DNA of 60,895 nt from a virus (IMGVR_UViG_3300012936_000012:1-60895); one strand, 5' to 3'; positions 50,739-59,968 are shown, numbered from the stretch's first letter. The notes: generated by a model not told the origin, from the letters alone. Numbers and translations are program-made.

Positions 50739-52127
50739 ATGAAACTGTGTTTTAGTGGATTCACTAGAAAAGCACACTTAGACGTAATCAAAGAAGCTCA
50801 AGTAAAGTCAGTAGTACTAGATTATGATTGTGATCTACACCGTAATCCTGATCTAATCGATACTTTTGATTTTGTTATAATTAATTACTCTCTAAATAAA
50901 CTTTGGAGTAGATACAAGTATCTTTGGGATGAGTCGAGTGCTAAAAGACAAAAGCAAACAAAAAATAAATCTATTGAAGAACTTCAATTGGGCTTCATGG
51001 AGCGAGCAAGAAAAGAACTAAGGATATATTTGGATTGGGTATCAAAACAGCATGTTGACATTATTGCGTATCCGTCAATCCCAGTAGATGTCGGATATGA
51101 TAGCCTTTGGAAAGAGTATGGACTATTAGATAAAGCAATGCCTACGATTACATCTACTGATCAAATCAAGTCGTACTTGGCTAAGTACGCATATGTTGGT
51201 TATTCTAAAGATCTTGAACTAGAAGAACTCCAAGGAGAAGTGTTTTCAAATATTAGGAAGCACAAAGAGTCTGGTGTAAAAATTCATGGTTGGGGTAGGT
51301 CTTCAAAGAAGGATATTACATCAGGTATATTCTTCTCAGTTGACTCTTCAACTTGGACTGGTGGCGGTAGGTATGGAAATACGTATCACTATGTAGGAAA
51401 CATGAAAATGATTACTCATTCATCTAAACGAGGCAGAGGCAAGGAAGTTAGAGAACAGTTTGCTACCGAGTGTCTTAAGTATGGGGTAGATCGAGATGGT
51501 TTTTTAAACGATGACCAACATCAAGTTGATCTATGGAATTGTTATCAATGGAAAAAGTATTCAATGGACTCAGAGCATGTTGGTGGCTATTGGACTAAAC
51601 GTCAATTGCCTTCTGAAAATAAATCAATTATTAAATCAGAGTCTAAAGCACTTGACCAAATTTTTCATTCAACAGCTCTTGCAAATGGAAATGGTTTTGG
51701 TGCATCATTAAGATCTTGTAATTCGTGCTTCCTAAGTCCGAATTGTCCGGTTTATGTACCAAATTCTCAATGTAATTTATCAGCAGACCCTAAGGTTAAT
51801 ACACCACAAGATCTGCAATCTCTAGTAAACAAGGTCATTCAAATCCAGGGAGAACGAGTTCTCTTTGCATCTTATGCAGAAAAGATCCAAAACAATGGCA
51901 TCAATCCTGAGGTGTCAAATGAAGTTCAGACTTTAATGCAAGTGATGAAGGATGCGAAGGAGGTTCTTGCACCCTCAAGTGATGACGAGATAATGATAAA
52001 AGCAAAAGGAGCAGGTGTAATTTCCAGACTTTTTGGTGGATATGGAAGAAGTGGGGGCGGAGGTTCTCGTCCTTCACAATCAGAGAAAATAATTGACGTT
52101 AGTCCGATGGAGAAAGATGATGAGTGA
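50739..52127 (+). CDS. TGT/DpdA-like TIM-barrel protein fused to a Cys4 zinc finger and helical domain
   Basis: KIHGWG...FSVDSSTW....RYG; CNSCFLSPNCP...C; GVISRLFG. Confidence 0.5.
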   Translation: MKLCFSGFTRKAHLDVIKEAQVKSVVLDYDCDLHRNPDLIDTFDFVIINYSLNKLWSRYKYLWDESSAKRQKQTKNKSIEELQLGFMERARKELRIYLDWVSKQHVDIIAYPSIPVDVGYDSLWKEYGLLDKAMPTITSTDQIKSYLAKYAYVGYSKDLELEELQGEVFSNIRKHKESGVKIHGWGRSSKKDITSGIFFSVDSSTWTGGGRYGNTYHYVGNMKMITHSSKRGRGKEVREQFATECLKYGVDRDGFLNDDQHQVDLWNCYQWKKYSMDSEHVGGYWTKRQLPSENKSIIKSESKALDQIFHSTALANGNGFGASLRSCNSCFLSPNCPVYVPNSQCNLSADPKVNTPQDLQSLVNKVIQIQGERVLFASYAEKIQNNGINPEVSNEVQTLMQVMKDAKEVLAPSSDDEIMIKAKGAGVISRLFGGYGRSGGGGSRPSQSEKIIDVSPMEKDDE

Positions 52128-54048
52128 TTTCCCAAATCAGCTCGGTGAATTAGTATATTTAAGATCATACGCAAGATGGCTTCCAGAAGAAAAAAGACGA
52201 GAAAATTGGTCTGAAACAGTAGATCGTGTATACAAATTTTTAATTAAGCCTCAAAATATTGAGGAAACCTTAAAACTAGAGCTAAAAGAAGCAATTTTGA
52301 AACAAGAAGTAATGCCTTCGATGAGAGCCTTGTGGTCTTCAGGGGTATTTGCTACAACGGATAATACTGCTATTTACAATTGCTCGTTTATGCCAATTGA
52401 TAACTTAAAATCGTTCTCTGAACTGATCTACATTTTAATGCAAGGAACAGGTGTTGGTTTTTCAGTAGAGAAGAAGTTTGTAGACAACTTGCCAACGGTT
52501 TCTCCTTCAGTAGAAGTAGAAGAAGAATTAACAATTTATCAAGTCCAAGACTCCTCTGAAGGTTGGGCAGATGCAGTTTATTTTGCAGTCACTTCTGCGT
52601 TTAGAGGACATGCATTTGAAGTAGACTATTCCTTAGTTCGACCAAGAGGGTCAATACTTAAGACAAAAGGTGGACGAGCAAGTGGTCCTGAGCCTTTGAT
52701 TGCTGCAATCAATTTTATCAGAGAAACAATTCGTAATGCTTCGGGTCGAAAGCTAACATCAATTGAGTGTCACGATATTTGTTGTTCTCTTGCAGAGGTG
52801 GTCGTTGTTGGCGGGGTAAGACGGTCTGCAATGATCTCATTTAGTGATCCAGACGACACAGAGATGAGGCACGCAAAAGATTGGAAGAAAGCTTCATTTC
52901 CTTTGCGTAGATATATGTCAAACAACTCCGCATATTTTGCAGAGAAACCACCCAAAGAGGTTTTTGATCGAGAATGGAAACAATTAGCTGAATCGGGTTC
53001 AGGGGAACGAGGGTTGTCAATTGATAACTGGTGGAAGAAAGCAGTTAGACCAAAAGGCGAGGTAAGGTCAAACCCTTGCCATGAAATTGGTCTAAGATAC
53101 AGAGAGGCCGTTGATCCATGGACAGGTGAAGGTGGAGGTGGGCAGTTTTGCAATTTATCTGCAGTAGTGGTGCGATCCGAGGACACAAGAACTAGCCTGC
53201 TTCGTAAAGTGGAGCTTGCAACATGGCTAGGGTGTATCCAAGCCACGTTTACTAATTTCCCCTACCTTCGACCAACTTGGACAGACTTATGTAAAGAAGA
53301 CCGTTTGATTGGTGTTGACTTGACGGGGCAGTGTGATAACCCAGAATTAATGAATAACCTCGACTTCTTGTCAAGATTGAATGTTAGAGCAGTAATGACC
53401 TCAAAGAAAGCGGCAGAGGTTCTAGGCATAAATGAGCCTGCGGCAGTGACTTGTGGTAAGCCAAGTGGGAATACTTCTCAAATGCTAGACTGTGCAAGCG
53501 GATTCCATCCCCGCTATAGTAAATACTACTTTAGACATATTCGAGTAAGTGCAGATGATCCATTGTCGGATTTGTTGAAAAGTCAAGGAGTACCCATGTT
53601 TAAAGAGGTCGGCCAACAGGATTTGCCTTCTGAGCAAGTAAAAACTTGGGTTGCTCGCTTCCCTGTCGAATCTCCCGAAGGATGTATGACCAGGGATGAT
53701 GAGACTTCTTTTGATCAAATGGACAGATATCTGAACATTATGAATACATGGTGTCGATATAAGGGACACAATCAGTCGGCAACTATCTATGTTAAGAATG
53801 ATGATTGGGATAAAGTAGGCCAATGGGTGTGGGATAACTTCGATGACATTATTGGTTTGTCGTTTCTTCCATATGATGGAGGTAAATATCAACTTGCTCC
53901 TTATGAGGAGATAACACAAGAGCAATACGAAGAGGAAATTAAAACTTTCCCGAATATTGACTATACTAAGCTAAGTGATTTTGAAGAATATGATATGGGG
54001 GAAGGTAGTTTTGAAATAGCTTGTACCGGTGGAGCTTGTGAATTGTGA
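52117..54048 (+). CDS. nrdJ: Class II (B12-dependent) ribonucleotide reductase
   Basis: MPSMRAL, NCSF, GTGVGFS, GGVRRSA, NPCHEI, FCNLS, KPSGN, C-terminal CTGGAC; no beta subunit nearby. Confidence 0.9.
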   Translation: MMSDFPNQLGELVYLRSYARWLPEEKRRENWSETVDRVYKFLIKPQNIEETLKLELKEAILKQEVMPSMRALWSSGVFATTDNTAIYNCSFMPIDNLKSFSELIYILMQGTGVGFSVEKKFVDNLPTVSPSVEVEEELTIYQVQDSSEGWADAVYFAVTSAFRGHAFEVDYSLVRPRGSILKTKGGRASGPEPLIAAINFIRETIRNASGRKLTSIECHDICCSLAEVVVVGGVRRSAMISFSDPDDTEMRHAKDWKKASFPLRRYMSNNSAYFAEKPPKEVFDREWKQLAESGSGERGLSIDNWWKKAVRPKGEVRSNPCHEIGLRYREAVDPWTGEGGGGQFCNLSAVVVRSEDTRTSLLRKVELATWLGCIQATFTNFPYLRPTWTDLCKEDRLIGVDLTGQCDNPELMNNLDFLSRLNVRAVMTSKKAAEVLGINEPAAVTCGKPSGNTSQMLDCASGFHPRYSKYYFRHIRVSADDPLSDLLKSQGVPMFKEVGQQDLPSEQVKTWVARFPVESPEGCMTRDDETSFDQMDRYLNIMNTWCRYKGHNQSATIYVKNDDWDKVGQWVWDNFDDIIGLSFLPYDGGKYQLAPYEEITQEQYEEEIKTFPNIDYTKLSDFEEYDMGEGSFEIACTGGACEL

Positions 54049-54091
54049 TAAAATCAAACACGTTTCTAATCAATGCGTGTGAGATATAAAA

Positions 54092-55519
54092 ATGGCTAAA
54101 AAATGGCTAAAGAAAAAAGATGCTATTAAAGCTTTAGGGTTAACAGGCCCTCAACTCAGATATAGATCTGAAGTTAAGGGAGACATAAAGAGAAGAAAAA
54201 AAGACGGAGTTATTGAGTACAGGGTTCAAGATCTTGTAGAGGAATCAATCGAAGAGACTCCTGAGCCTTTTTTCTTTGATGAAGATGCAAGTGGTTATCA
54301 TTATGATCCAAGTGCAGAACAATACCTTTTCTTTAATTTACCAGATCAACCACCTGTAGTAAGAGTAAGTCGCCAAAAGATTGAGTCTTTAATAAAAGAC
54401 TATTCAAATGAAACGGGAGGTCTTACAGTAAATCAAATTGCAGGTAAATATAAGCTCAGTCGGCCTTCAGTGCAGAGAATCTTGTCATACATGGGTAAGA
54501 CACATGATTCCTCTCCATTTACAAACGAGAAGCTCCAGGAATACTCAGAAGACGATCTAGTTGCAGATTTACTTAGATCAAAAGAACAAAGAGTCTTAGT
54601 TAAAGCTCAACAAAAAAGACTTACACTGTCTCAAAAAAAACTAGACGACATATATTTGGTCAAAGAGTTTGTAAATGAAGTAGCAGACAAAATAAAAACC
54701 GTATCGCTTCCAAAATTGAGTTCTAAGGCCATTAAAAACAAAAAAGGCACATACACTGCAGTGATTGGCTTAACTGACCTCCACATAGGAAAGAGAGGCA
54801 TTGACGGCTTCAATAGTCAGGTAGCATCAAATAGGGCGTTAAAAACGACATCGATAGCTAGAGAAAAAGCATTAAGTATGTGGGGAGTTCCTGATCAATG
54901 GGTTATTACATGTGGAAGCGATATGCTACATGTAGATAACTATCGAGGAACAACTGAGCGAGGAACTCCAATGGATACAGATACCGATCCCGTTTCTATG
55001 CTTGCAATTGCATACGCAACAATGGAAACAATTATTGAACAATTGAAGCAAACCGCACCTGTTAAGGTGGTAGCTATATCGGGTAATCACGATAGGCTTC
55101 TTTCTTCAGTTTTGGGAATGATGTTGTCAGCTAGGTACACAAGTGAAGATTCTGTTTCTATTATTGATGGATCAAAAGGTAGTTCATATATTCGATATGG
55201 AAAAACACTTTTAGGATTTAATCATGGGGACACTATCAAACATGAGAAGTTGCCAAATATTATGGCAGGAGAAAGACCTAAAGATTGGGGTGAATGCCAA
55301 GGTAATTGGGAATGGTTTACTGGCCACTTTCATTGTTTAACTTTAAAAGTACATGAGTACAATGGCTGTCGCGTATGGGTCATGCCTGCTTTATCTGGCA
55401 CAGACAGGTGGCATAAGCTTATGGGGTACAATCTTAATCGAAACCAATTAGCAATATTTAAAGTAGAACCAAACAATGGGGTTTGCGCTTTAGAGTTGAT
55501 CCAAGGAAAAGAGAAATAA
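54092..55519 (+). CDS. HTH plus calcineurin-like metallophosphoesterase
   Basis: DLHIG, GSD..H, GNHD, HGD, GHFH. Confidence 0.8.
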   Translation: MAKKWLKKKDAIKALGLTGPQLRYRSEVKGDIKRRKKDGVIEYRVQDLVEESIEETPEPFFFDEDASGYHYDPSAEQYLFFNLPDQPPVVRVSRQKIESLIKDYSNETGGLTVNQIAGKYKLSRPSVQRILSYMGKTHDSSPFTNEKLQEYSEDDLVADLLRSKEQRVLVKAQQKRLTLSQKKLDDIYLVKEFVNEVADKIKTVSLPKLSSKAIKNKKGTYTAVIGLTDLHIGKRGIDGFNSQVASNRALKTTSIAREKALSMWGVPDQWVITCGSDMLHVDNYRGTTERGTPMDTDTDPVSMLAIAYATMETIIEQLKQTAPVKVVAISGNHDRLLSSVLGMMLSARYTSEDSVSIIDGSKGSSYIRYGKTLLGFNHGDTIKHEKLPNIMAGERPKDWGECQGNWEWFTGHFHCLTLKVHEYNGCRVWVMPALSGTDRWHKLMGYNLNRNQLAIFKVEPNNGVCALELIQGKEK

Positions 55520-56205
55520 TGAGAGTAGATATTTATGATGACAATATTGGTTGTGTTGAATTAATTGATTTCATGGGAGATGACCAACGGGCGGTGGCAA
55601 GTGCAAGGGTATCTTTAGCAAAAGATACTGAGACACTAGATCGTGATATGAATGAAAGAGACTTGAAGTTGATGCGTTTCTTAATTAGAGAGTATCACAC
55701 TTCTCCTTTTGAACATTCAACGGCAACGATGCGCATAGTTTGTCCTTTATTCTGTAGATCTCAAATTATGCGGCACAGGACATTTTCATTTAATGAAGTC
55801 AGTAGAAGGTATACTTCAGAGGATCTCAGATTTTATGTTCCAACTTTATTAAGAAAACAAGCCCAAAAAAATCTTCAGTGTTCAACAAACGAAGAGGTAG
55901 AAGATCCATCTCTTTATGATCTTTATGTGCAAAACACAAATTATGCTCTAGCTAACTATAATAAGTTGATTGAAGGAGGGGTGAGTCGAGAGCAGGCAAG
56001 AATGATTTTACCGCAGTCTATGTACACAACCTTTTGGATGACTGGCAATTTATTGAATTGGGTAAAATTTTTAAAATTAAGATTAGATGAACACACTCAA
56101 CATGAAACTAGGTCTGTTGCAAAAGGGGTTTATATGTGTTTGGCAAACGTATTTCCTTTAACAATGAGTGAGATGTTGAAAAGTCAAAAAGGAGTTATTT
56201 TATGA
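55519..56205 (+). CDS. thyX: Flavin-dependent thymidylate synthase
   Basis: HTSPFEH, QIMRHRTFSFNEVSRRY, EQARMILP, LRLDEHTQHE. Confidence 0.95.
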   Translation: MRVDIYDDNIGCVELIDFMGDDQRAVASARVSLAKDTETLDRDMNERDLKLMRFLIREYHTSPFEHSTATMRIVCPLFCRSQIMRHRTFSFNEVSRRYTSEDLRFYVPTLLRKQAQKNLQCSTNEEVEDPSLYDLYVQNTNYALANYNKLIEGGVSREQARMILPQSMYTTFWMTGNLLNWVKFLKLRLDEHTQHETRSVAKGVYMCLANVFPLTMSEMLKSQKGVIL

Positions 56206-56414
56206 TGACTCGTATAAAACTAAAAGCTAAAAACATGAATGTAAAATTCAAGGAGTTAGCAGATCTCGCAGGGATTTCTTATACTTATACTGTTCAGATT
56301 TTGGCAGGAAAGCGAAGACCGAGTGTTGAAGTAGCAAAGAAGTTAGCAGTAGCTTTTAATAAAATTGTGGGTAAAGAAGAAGTATTTGCAAAAGATTTCA
56401 ATCCTAAATCATAG
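56202..56414 (+). CDS. XRE/Cro-like HTH regulator
   Basis: KELADLAGIS....QILAGKRRPS.EVA.KLA. Confidence 0.8.
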   Translation: MMTRIKLKAKNMNVKFKELADLAGISYTYTVQILAGKRRPSVEVAKKLAVAFNKIVGKEEVFAKDFNPKS

Positions 56415-56465
56415 TTAAACTGAGTTTTGATAACATCAAGTGTACATACAAACAATGGAGGCTGT

Positions 56466-57356
56466 ATGCTTGAGTTAAAAACTATAGAGTGCAGTAAAAA
56501 AACTGTAGATCAACTCCACAGGGTAGGCTCTTTAGATATTGAAGACTATTCTCTTGACCCAAATTCTAATTATTTTCTTTTCAAAGGAGAAGACGGCTCA
56601 TCGGGTATCGCATGTGCAAATGGAGATTACTTAAAACGTGTGAATATGAAAGGTGTCTCTTTTTCTGGAATGAAACCCAAAGATATAACGCAGTCTTGTT
56701 TTTTTCATGCATTGAAAAACTACGATCTTGTTGTTGGATTAGGGGCGGCAGGTACAGGTAAGACCTCGCTTTCTTTAGCATATGCATTGCATCAGCTTTT
56801 TAGAAAAGATATGAATATCGTTTTGTGTAAGCCCACGATTTTTGTGGGGCAGAAAAGTAATGCAATTGGTGCAATACCTGGAGACCACAGAGAAAAACTT
56901 GCAGGATACATTGATTCATATCTAGTTAGCATGAGAAAGATATTGGGAGATTCTGCAGAGCATCATTTATATCAAATGGAAGAAGAAGGAAAACTGCAAT
57001 TTCAACCTTTGGAGTTAATTCGGGGTATGCATTTTGAAGATACAGTTTTGATCATTGATGAAGCACAAAATTGTTCTCCACATGAATTAATGTCAATTAT
57101 TTCTAGGGTTGGTGAAAACTCGACTTGTATTGTCCTAGGAGATCCTTCTCAAATAGATTCTGGTTCTCGATGGAAGGAAACAGGGTTGTTTGTGTTAACA
57201 TGCAGTGATGCTTTTTTTGATAGTGAGTTTTCAATAGGCATCAAGCTTACTGGGCAATACCGGGGGCCGATGGCTACTTTGGCTTCAAATGTATTGAAGG
57301 AGCTACAGGAAGTTGAAGACAGATTTATAGATTCGGATACACTTAATTATGAATGA
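56466..57356 (+). CDS. phoH: PhoH-family ATPase
   Basis: GAAGTGKT, IGAIPG..EK, IRGMHF, IIDEAQN, RVGE, GDPSQID. Confidence 0.9.
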   Translation: MLELKTIECSKKTVDQLHRVGSLDIEDYSLDPNSNYFLFKGEDGSSGIACANGDYLKRVNMKGVSFSGMKPKDITQSCFFHALKNYDLVVGLGAAGTGKTSLSLAYALHQLFRKDMNIVLCKPTIFVGQKSNAIGAIPGDHREKLAGYIDSYLVSMRKILGDSAEHHLYQMEEEGKLQFQPLELIRGMHFEDTVLIIDEAQNCSPHELMSIISRVGENSTCIVLGDPSQIDSGSRWKETGLFVLTCSDAFFDSEFSIGIKLTGQYRGPMATLASNVLKELQEVEDRFIDSDTLNYE

Positions 57357-57537
57357 TAAAATAGGCGAAATTGTTGAAGTGGTATTAGAGGGTAATAGAT
57401 TCCCTGCTGTTATTGTTGGTGTCTTTAAACACACATATGGAGTGCAATGTTTGTTTTATGATAACTATTACTTAATTCCTCATTCCTTTGTATCTTTTGT
57501 CAACATAAATAAACATTATTATGTCCCACACGATTAA
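57349..57537 (+). CDS. Hypothetical small protein
   Basis: 62-aa ORF overlapping the phoH end. Confidence 0.35.
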   Translation: MNDKIGEIVEVVLEGNRFPAVIVGVFKHTYGVQCLFYDNYYLIPHSFVSFVNINKHYYVPHD

Positions 57538-57568
57538 AAGTTGTTGAAAAGACTTTTTTTATTTTTTT
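57536..57568. terminator. Weak candidate bidirectional terminator at the convergence point
   Basis: AAAAGTT-GTTGAAAA-GACTTTT followed by T runs, between convergent operons. Confidence 0.4.
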
Positions 57569-57801
57569 CGATAATGAAGTCCAAGTGCTTCTTTAAGTAT
57601 ATCTTCTTTATCTCTTGATATGTCTATATCAATAAAAAACTCAGAAAGGTTAATTCCAATTTCTGCTGCTTCAACTTGTATTTTTAGTTGTGCAGCAAAA
57701 GGTTGTCTTCCATCATAAATTTTGTTTAAAGAAGACCGAAGATATATCTCTAAATATTCTCCGTTTGTTGCACTAGAAACACTAGGTGTTGCCCAGTTTA
57801 C
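57559..57801 (-). CDS. -1 frame extension (80 codons) of the methyltransferase partner ORF
   Basis: After A10G the -1 frame reads VNWATPSVSSATNGEYLEIYLRSSLNKIYDGRQPFAAQLKIQVEAAEIG...HYRKK*. Confidence 0.6.
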   Translation of the reverse strand, partial: VNWATPSVSSATNGEYLEIYLRSSLNKIYDGRQPFAAQLKIQVEAAEIGINLSEFFIDIDISRDKEDILKEALGLHYRKK

Positions 57802-59474
57802 TTTTTTTTTTCAACTTGTGTTGGTAAATCAGACTCTAACCCCTTCAACGATCTGCCACTTGAGCCTTTGTAATCCCTTGTTTGAGGGGTTGCCCAAGGT
57901 TTTTTGGGGTAGGCTTCTTCGTTGATAACTTGATTATTTATTCCTTGTTGCTTTGAATTTGGACCTCTTTTTTTAAAATCTGAAGCGGTTGGAGTAGCCC
58001 ATCTTTGAGTTTTTTTCTCTTCTATCTCTGCTTCTAATAACAAGTTTGATGATGCTCTTGCTCCTGAGGGCCTATACGCCGGTCCACTTTGATTCCAAAT
58101 CGTTCCATCTGCATTATACAGTTTGTTCGTATTCTCAGAAGGAGTATGAACTCTAGGTGTAGACCAATTTTTTAGCTCTTGTTCACTTGGTACTTTTGCA
58201 GAAGGATTCTGTTGAAAGTAAAAATTTAATTTTTTAGCAACTTCTACTTTATAAGGGTCTACCTGCTCTTGTAAAGTATGAGGAGCAGTCCTACCTCTTC
58301 TACCTCCTCCAGTTAAGTTTTTTATCATTGAGTCAACAGATCTGTTTTCTATTGTTGTCATTGTTGTCGGAGTTGACCAATTGTTTCCACATGATTCTGA
58401 TTGCTTTTGTTGCCGTTCCTGGAACAACTCCATTTCCGAGCATTCTGAGTTCATCTGTTCTATTGTCAGTACGTGTGTACAATTCGGAGATGTCCACCCC
58501 ACAGGTACACCCATCAAGGTCTCCACCCAACGAGGATTCAATCTCCCCACATACGACCCCATGTGAGCTTGATCCGGCAGTAGGTTTCGTGGGTTCTTTT
58601 CTTGACTGTGTTTGGGGTACTTCCCCTTCCAATCCCGACTTGCCGGTGTGGCCCATGACTGTTCTTGGGGGTTCCCACGAGTATTGACCAACTCCTCTTG
58701 CTGCGGGGTAAGCAACCCATCTTTCATTTGGCAAACCTGGTTGTCTAGTCTGAACTGCCACTCCTTCTTGAACTTCCCCTCTTTTGTCAACACGTTCGGC
58801 TCTCCATAATTGCTCATCGTTGATCTCGGAGTCCCCCAAGATAGGTCTGAATCCTCTAGAGAGTTTTGAAGTAATAAAGTCTCTTCCTTGCTTGTTGAGT
58901 CTTGAATTGACACCAAGTATAAAGACTCGTTTTCGTTGATGGGGCGCACCGACTTCACTCGCTGAGAATACGCCTGCCGTTGCTTCGTAACCCAATCTTT
59001 CCAACTCTTTGAGGACATGGTGCAGAACACTTGTTCCTTCTGGGTCAGCCCATGTGTTTCCTTTGAGCTTTGAGCTGATGATTCCTTCAACGTTTTCAAA
59101 GAAAACAATGGGAGGTCTTCCCAACTGTTTGATTCCTTCAACGATGTACGGCCACAGGTGTCTTGGGTCTTCACTTCCATCCCTTCTTCCTGCTTGACTA
59201 AATGGCTGACAAGGGAAGCCTCCACTGAGGATATCCACTTTTCCATTAAAGAGTCCCCAATTGAAGGTTTTAAGATTCGTCCAAATAGGAGCGACATCAA
59301 TCCACCCTTTTTCCATCTTAGCAACCAAGTTTTGGCAGACGAAGGTTTCGATCTCCACATAAGTGACTGTTCGGATAGGCAAGCCAGCTCGTTTAAATCC
59401 GAGGTCAATTCCTCCGTATCCGGAGCAGAGGGAGATATGGGTGAGTTCGGAAGGTTTTTTGGTAATATCCACAT
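57798..59474 (-). CDS. Overlapping-frame C5-MTase partner subunit: motif IX plus six W-x-T-P modules
   Basis: RLNPRWVETLMGVPVGWT; WGTP, WATP, WSTP, WSTP, WATP, WATP repeats. Confidence 0.7.
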   Translation of the reverse strand: MWILPKNLPNSPISPSAPDTEELTSDLNELACLSEQSLMWRSKPSSAKTWLLRWKKGGLMSLLFGRILKPSIGDSLMEKWISSVEASLVSHLVKQEEGMEVKTQDTCGRTSLKESNSWEDLPLFSLKTLKESSAQSSKETHGLTQKEQVFCTMSSKSWKDWVTKQRQAYSQRVKSVRPINENESLYLVSIQDSTSKEETLLLQNSLEDSDLSWGTPRSTMSNYGEPNVLTKEGKFKKEWQFRLDNQVCQMKDGLLTPQQEELVNTRGNPQEQSWATPASRDWKGKYPKHSQEKNPRNLLPDQAHMGSYVGRLNPRWVETLMGVPVGWTSPNCTHVLTIEQMNSECSEMELFQERQQKQSESCGNNWSTPTTMTTIENRSVDSMIKNLTGGGRRGRTAPHTLQEQVDPYKVEVAKKLNFYFQQNPSAKVPSEQELKNWSTPRVHTPSENTNKLYNADGTIWNQSGPAYRPSGARASSNLLLEAEIEEKKTQRWATPTASDFKKRGPNSKQQGINNQVINEEAYPKKPWATPQTRDYKGSSGRSLKGLESDLPTQVEKKK

Positions 59475-59478
59475 TCAT
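58333..59478 (-). CDS. DNA (cytosine-5)-methyltransferase catalytic subunit lacking motif IX
   Basis: SLCSGYGG (I), GGFPCQPFSQAG (IV), ENVEG (VI), PHQRKRVFI (VIII), LRMLGNGVVP (X). Confidence 0.9.
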   Translation of the reverse strand: MNVDITKKPSELTHISLCSGYGGIDLGFKRAGLPIRTVTYVEIETFVCQNLVAKMEKGWIDVAPIWTNLKTFNWGLFNGKVDILSGGFPCQPFSQAGRRDGSEDPRHLWPYIVEGIKQLGRPPIVFFENVEGIISSKLKGNTWADPEGTSVLHHVLKELERLGYEATAGVFSASEVGAPHQRKRVFILGVNSRLNKQGRDFITSKLSRGFRPILGDSEINDEQLWRAERVDKRGEVQEGVAVQTRQPGLPNERWVAYPAARGVGQYSWEPPRTVMGHTGKSGLEGEVPQTQSRKEPTKPTAGSSSHGVVCGEIESSLGGDLDGCTCGVDISELYTRTDNRTDELRMLGNGVVPGTATKAIRIMWKQLVNSDNNDNNRKQIC

Positions 59479-59488
59479 TGTAGTCCTT

Positions 59489-59968
59489 TCATGTAGTTTG
59501 TCTTAAGCGTTTTCTTGCTCTATATAAGCGTACTTTGTACGCAGATTCGGAAACCCCGATTTCTTTTGATGCTTTCTCAGCTTTGATGCCTTTAACAGCA
59601 TTAACAATTACATCTTTATCAAAATCATTAAGTTTATTAAAATTATCTATAACAGTATTAAGTTCGGTTTTGTCAATAAATTTCTTTTCTGGTGTTGAGT
59701 AATCAATTAGTTCTAGGTCGAAAAAGCGTGTTATTTGCTTATCTCTGTACGTATCTCTTCGTAGTTTTTCATTGCATAGGTTTTTTGCTATTTTATATAT
59801 CCAAGTACTTAATTTACACTTTTTTTTAAATTTATGAACATTTGCTAAAGCTAATACAAATACATCCTGTGTAAATTCTTCAGAAGTAAATCGATCATAA
59901 TACGGAGTAAAGATTGCCATGATTTTGTATTTTAGTTTTGGATACAAGGCTTCAATTTCTTTCTTCAC
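59489..59968 (-). CDS. ECF-type RNA polymerase sigma factor
   Basis: EEFTQDVF, LSTWIYKIAKN (region 2); EIGVSESAYKVRLYRARKRLR (region 4). Confidence 0.85.
   Translation of the reverse strand: MKKEIEALYPKLKYKIMAIFTPYYDRFTSEEFTQDVFVLALANVHKFKKKCKLSTWIYKIAKNLCNEKLRRDTYRDKQITRFFDLELIDYSTPEKKFIDKTELNTVIDNFNKLNDFDKDVIVNAVKGIKAEKASKEIGVSESAYKVRLYRARKRLRQTT

Noticed and set aside
52770-53925. Antisense ORFs (158 and 146 aa) inside nrdJ, and similar shadow ORFs in the sheath, tape measure, fibre and helicase genes
   Set aside because: Opposite strand to strongly supported genes and without motifs; codon-bias shadows
41260-54048. Inteins or introns in polA, recA or nrdJ
   Set aside because: Lengths are normal and no splice-junction or homing endonuclease motifs are visible
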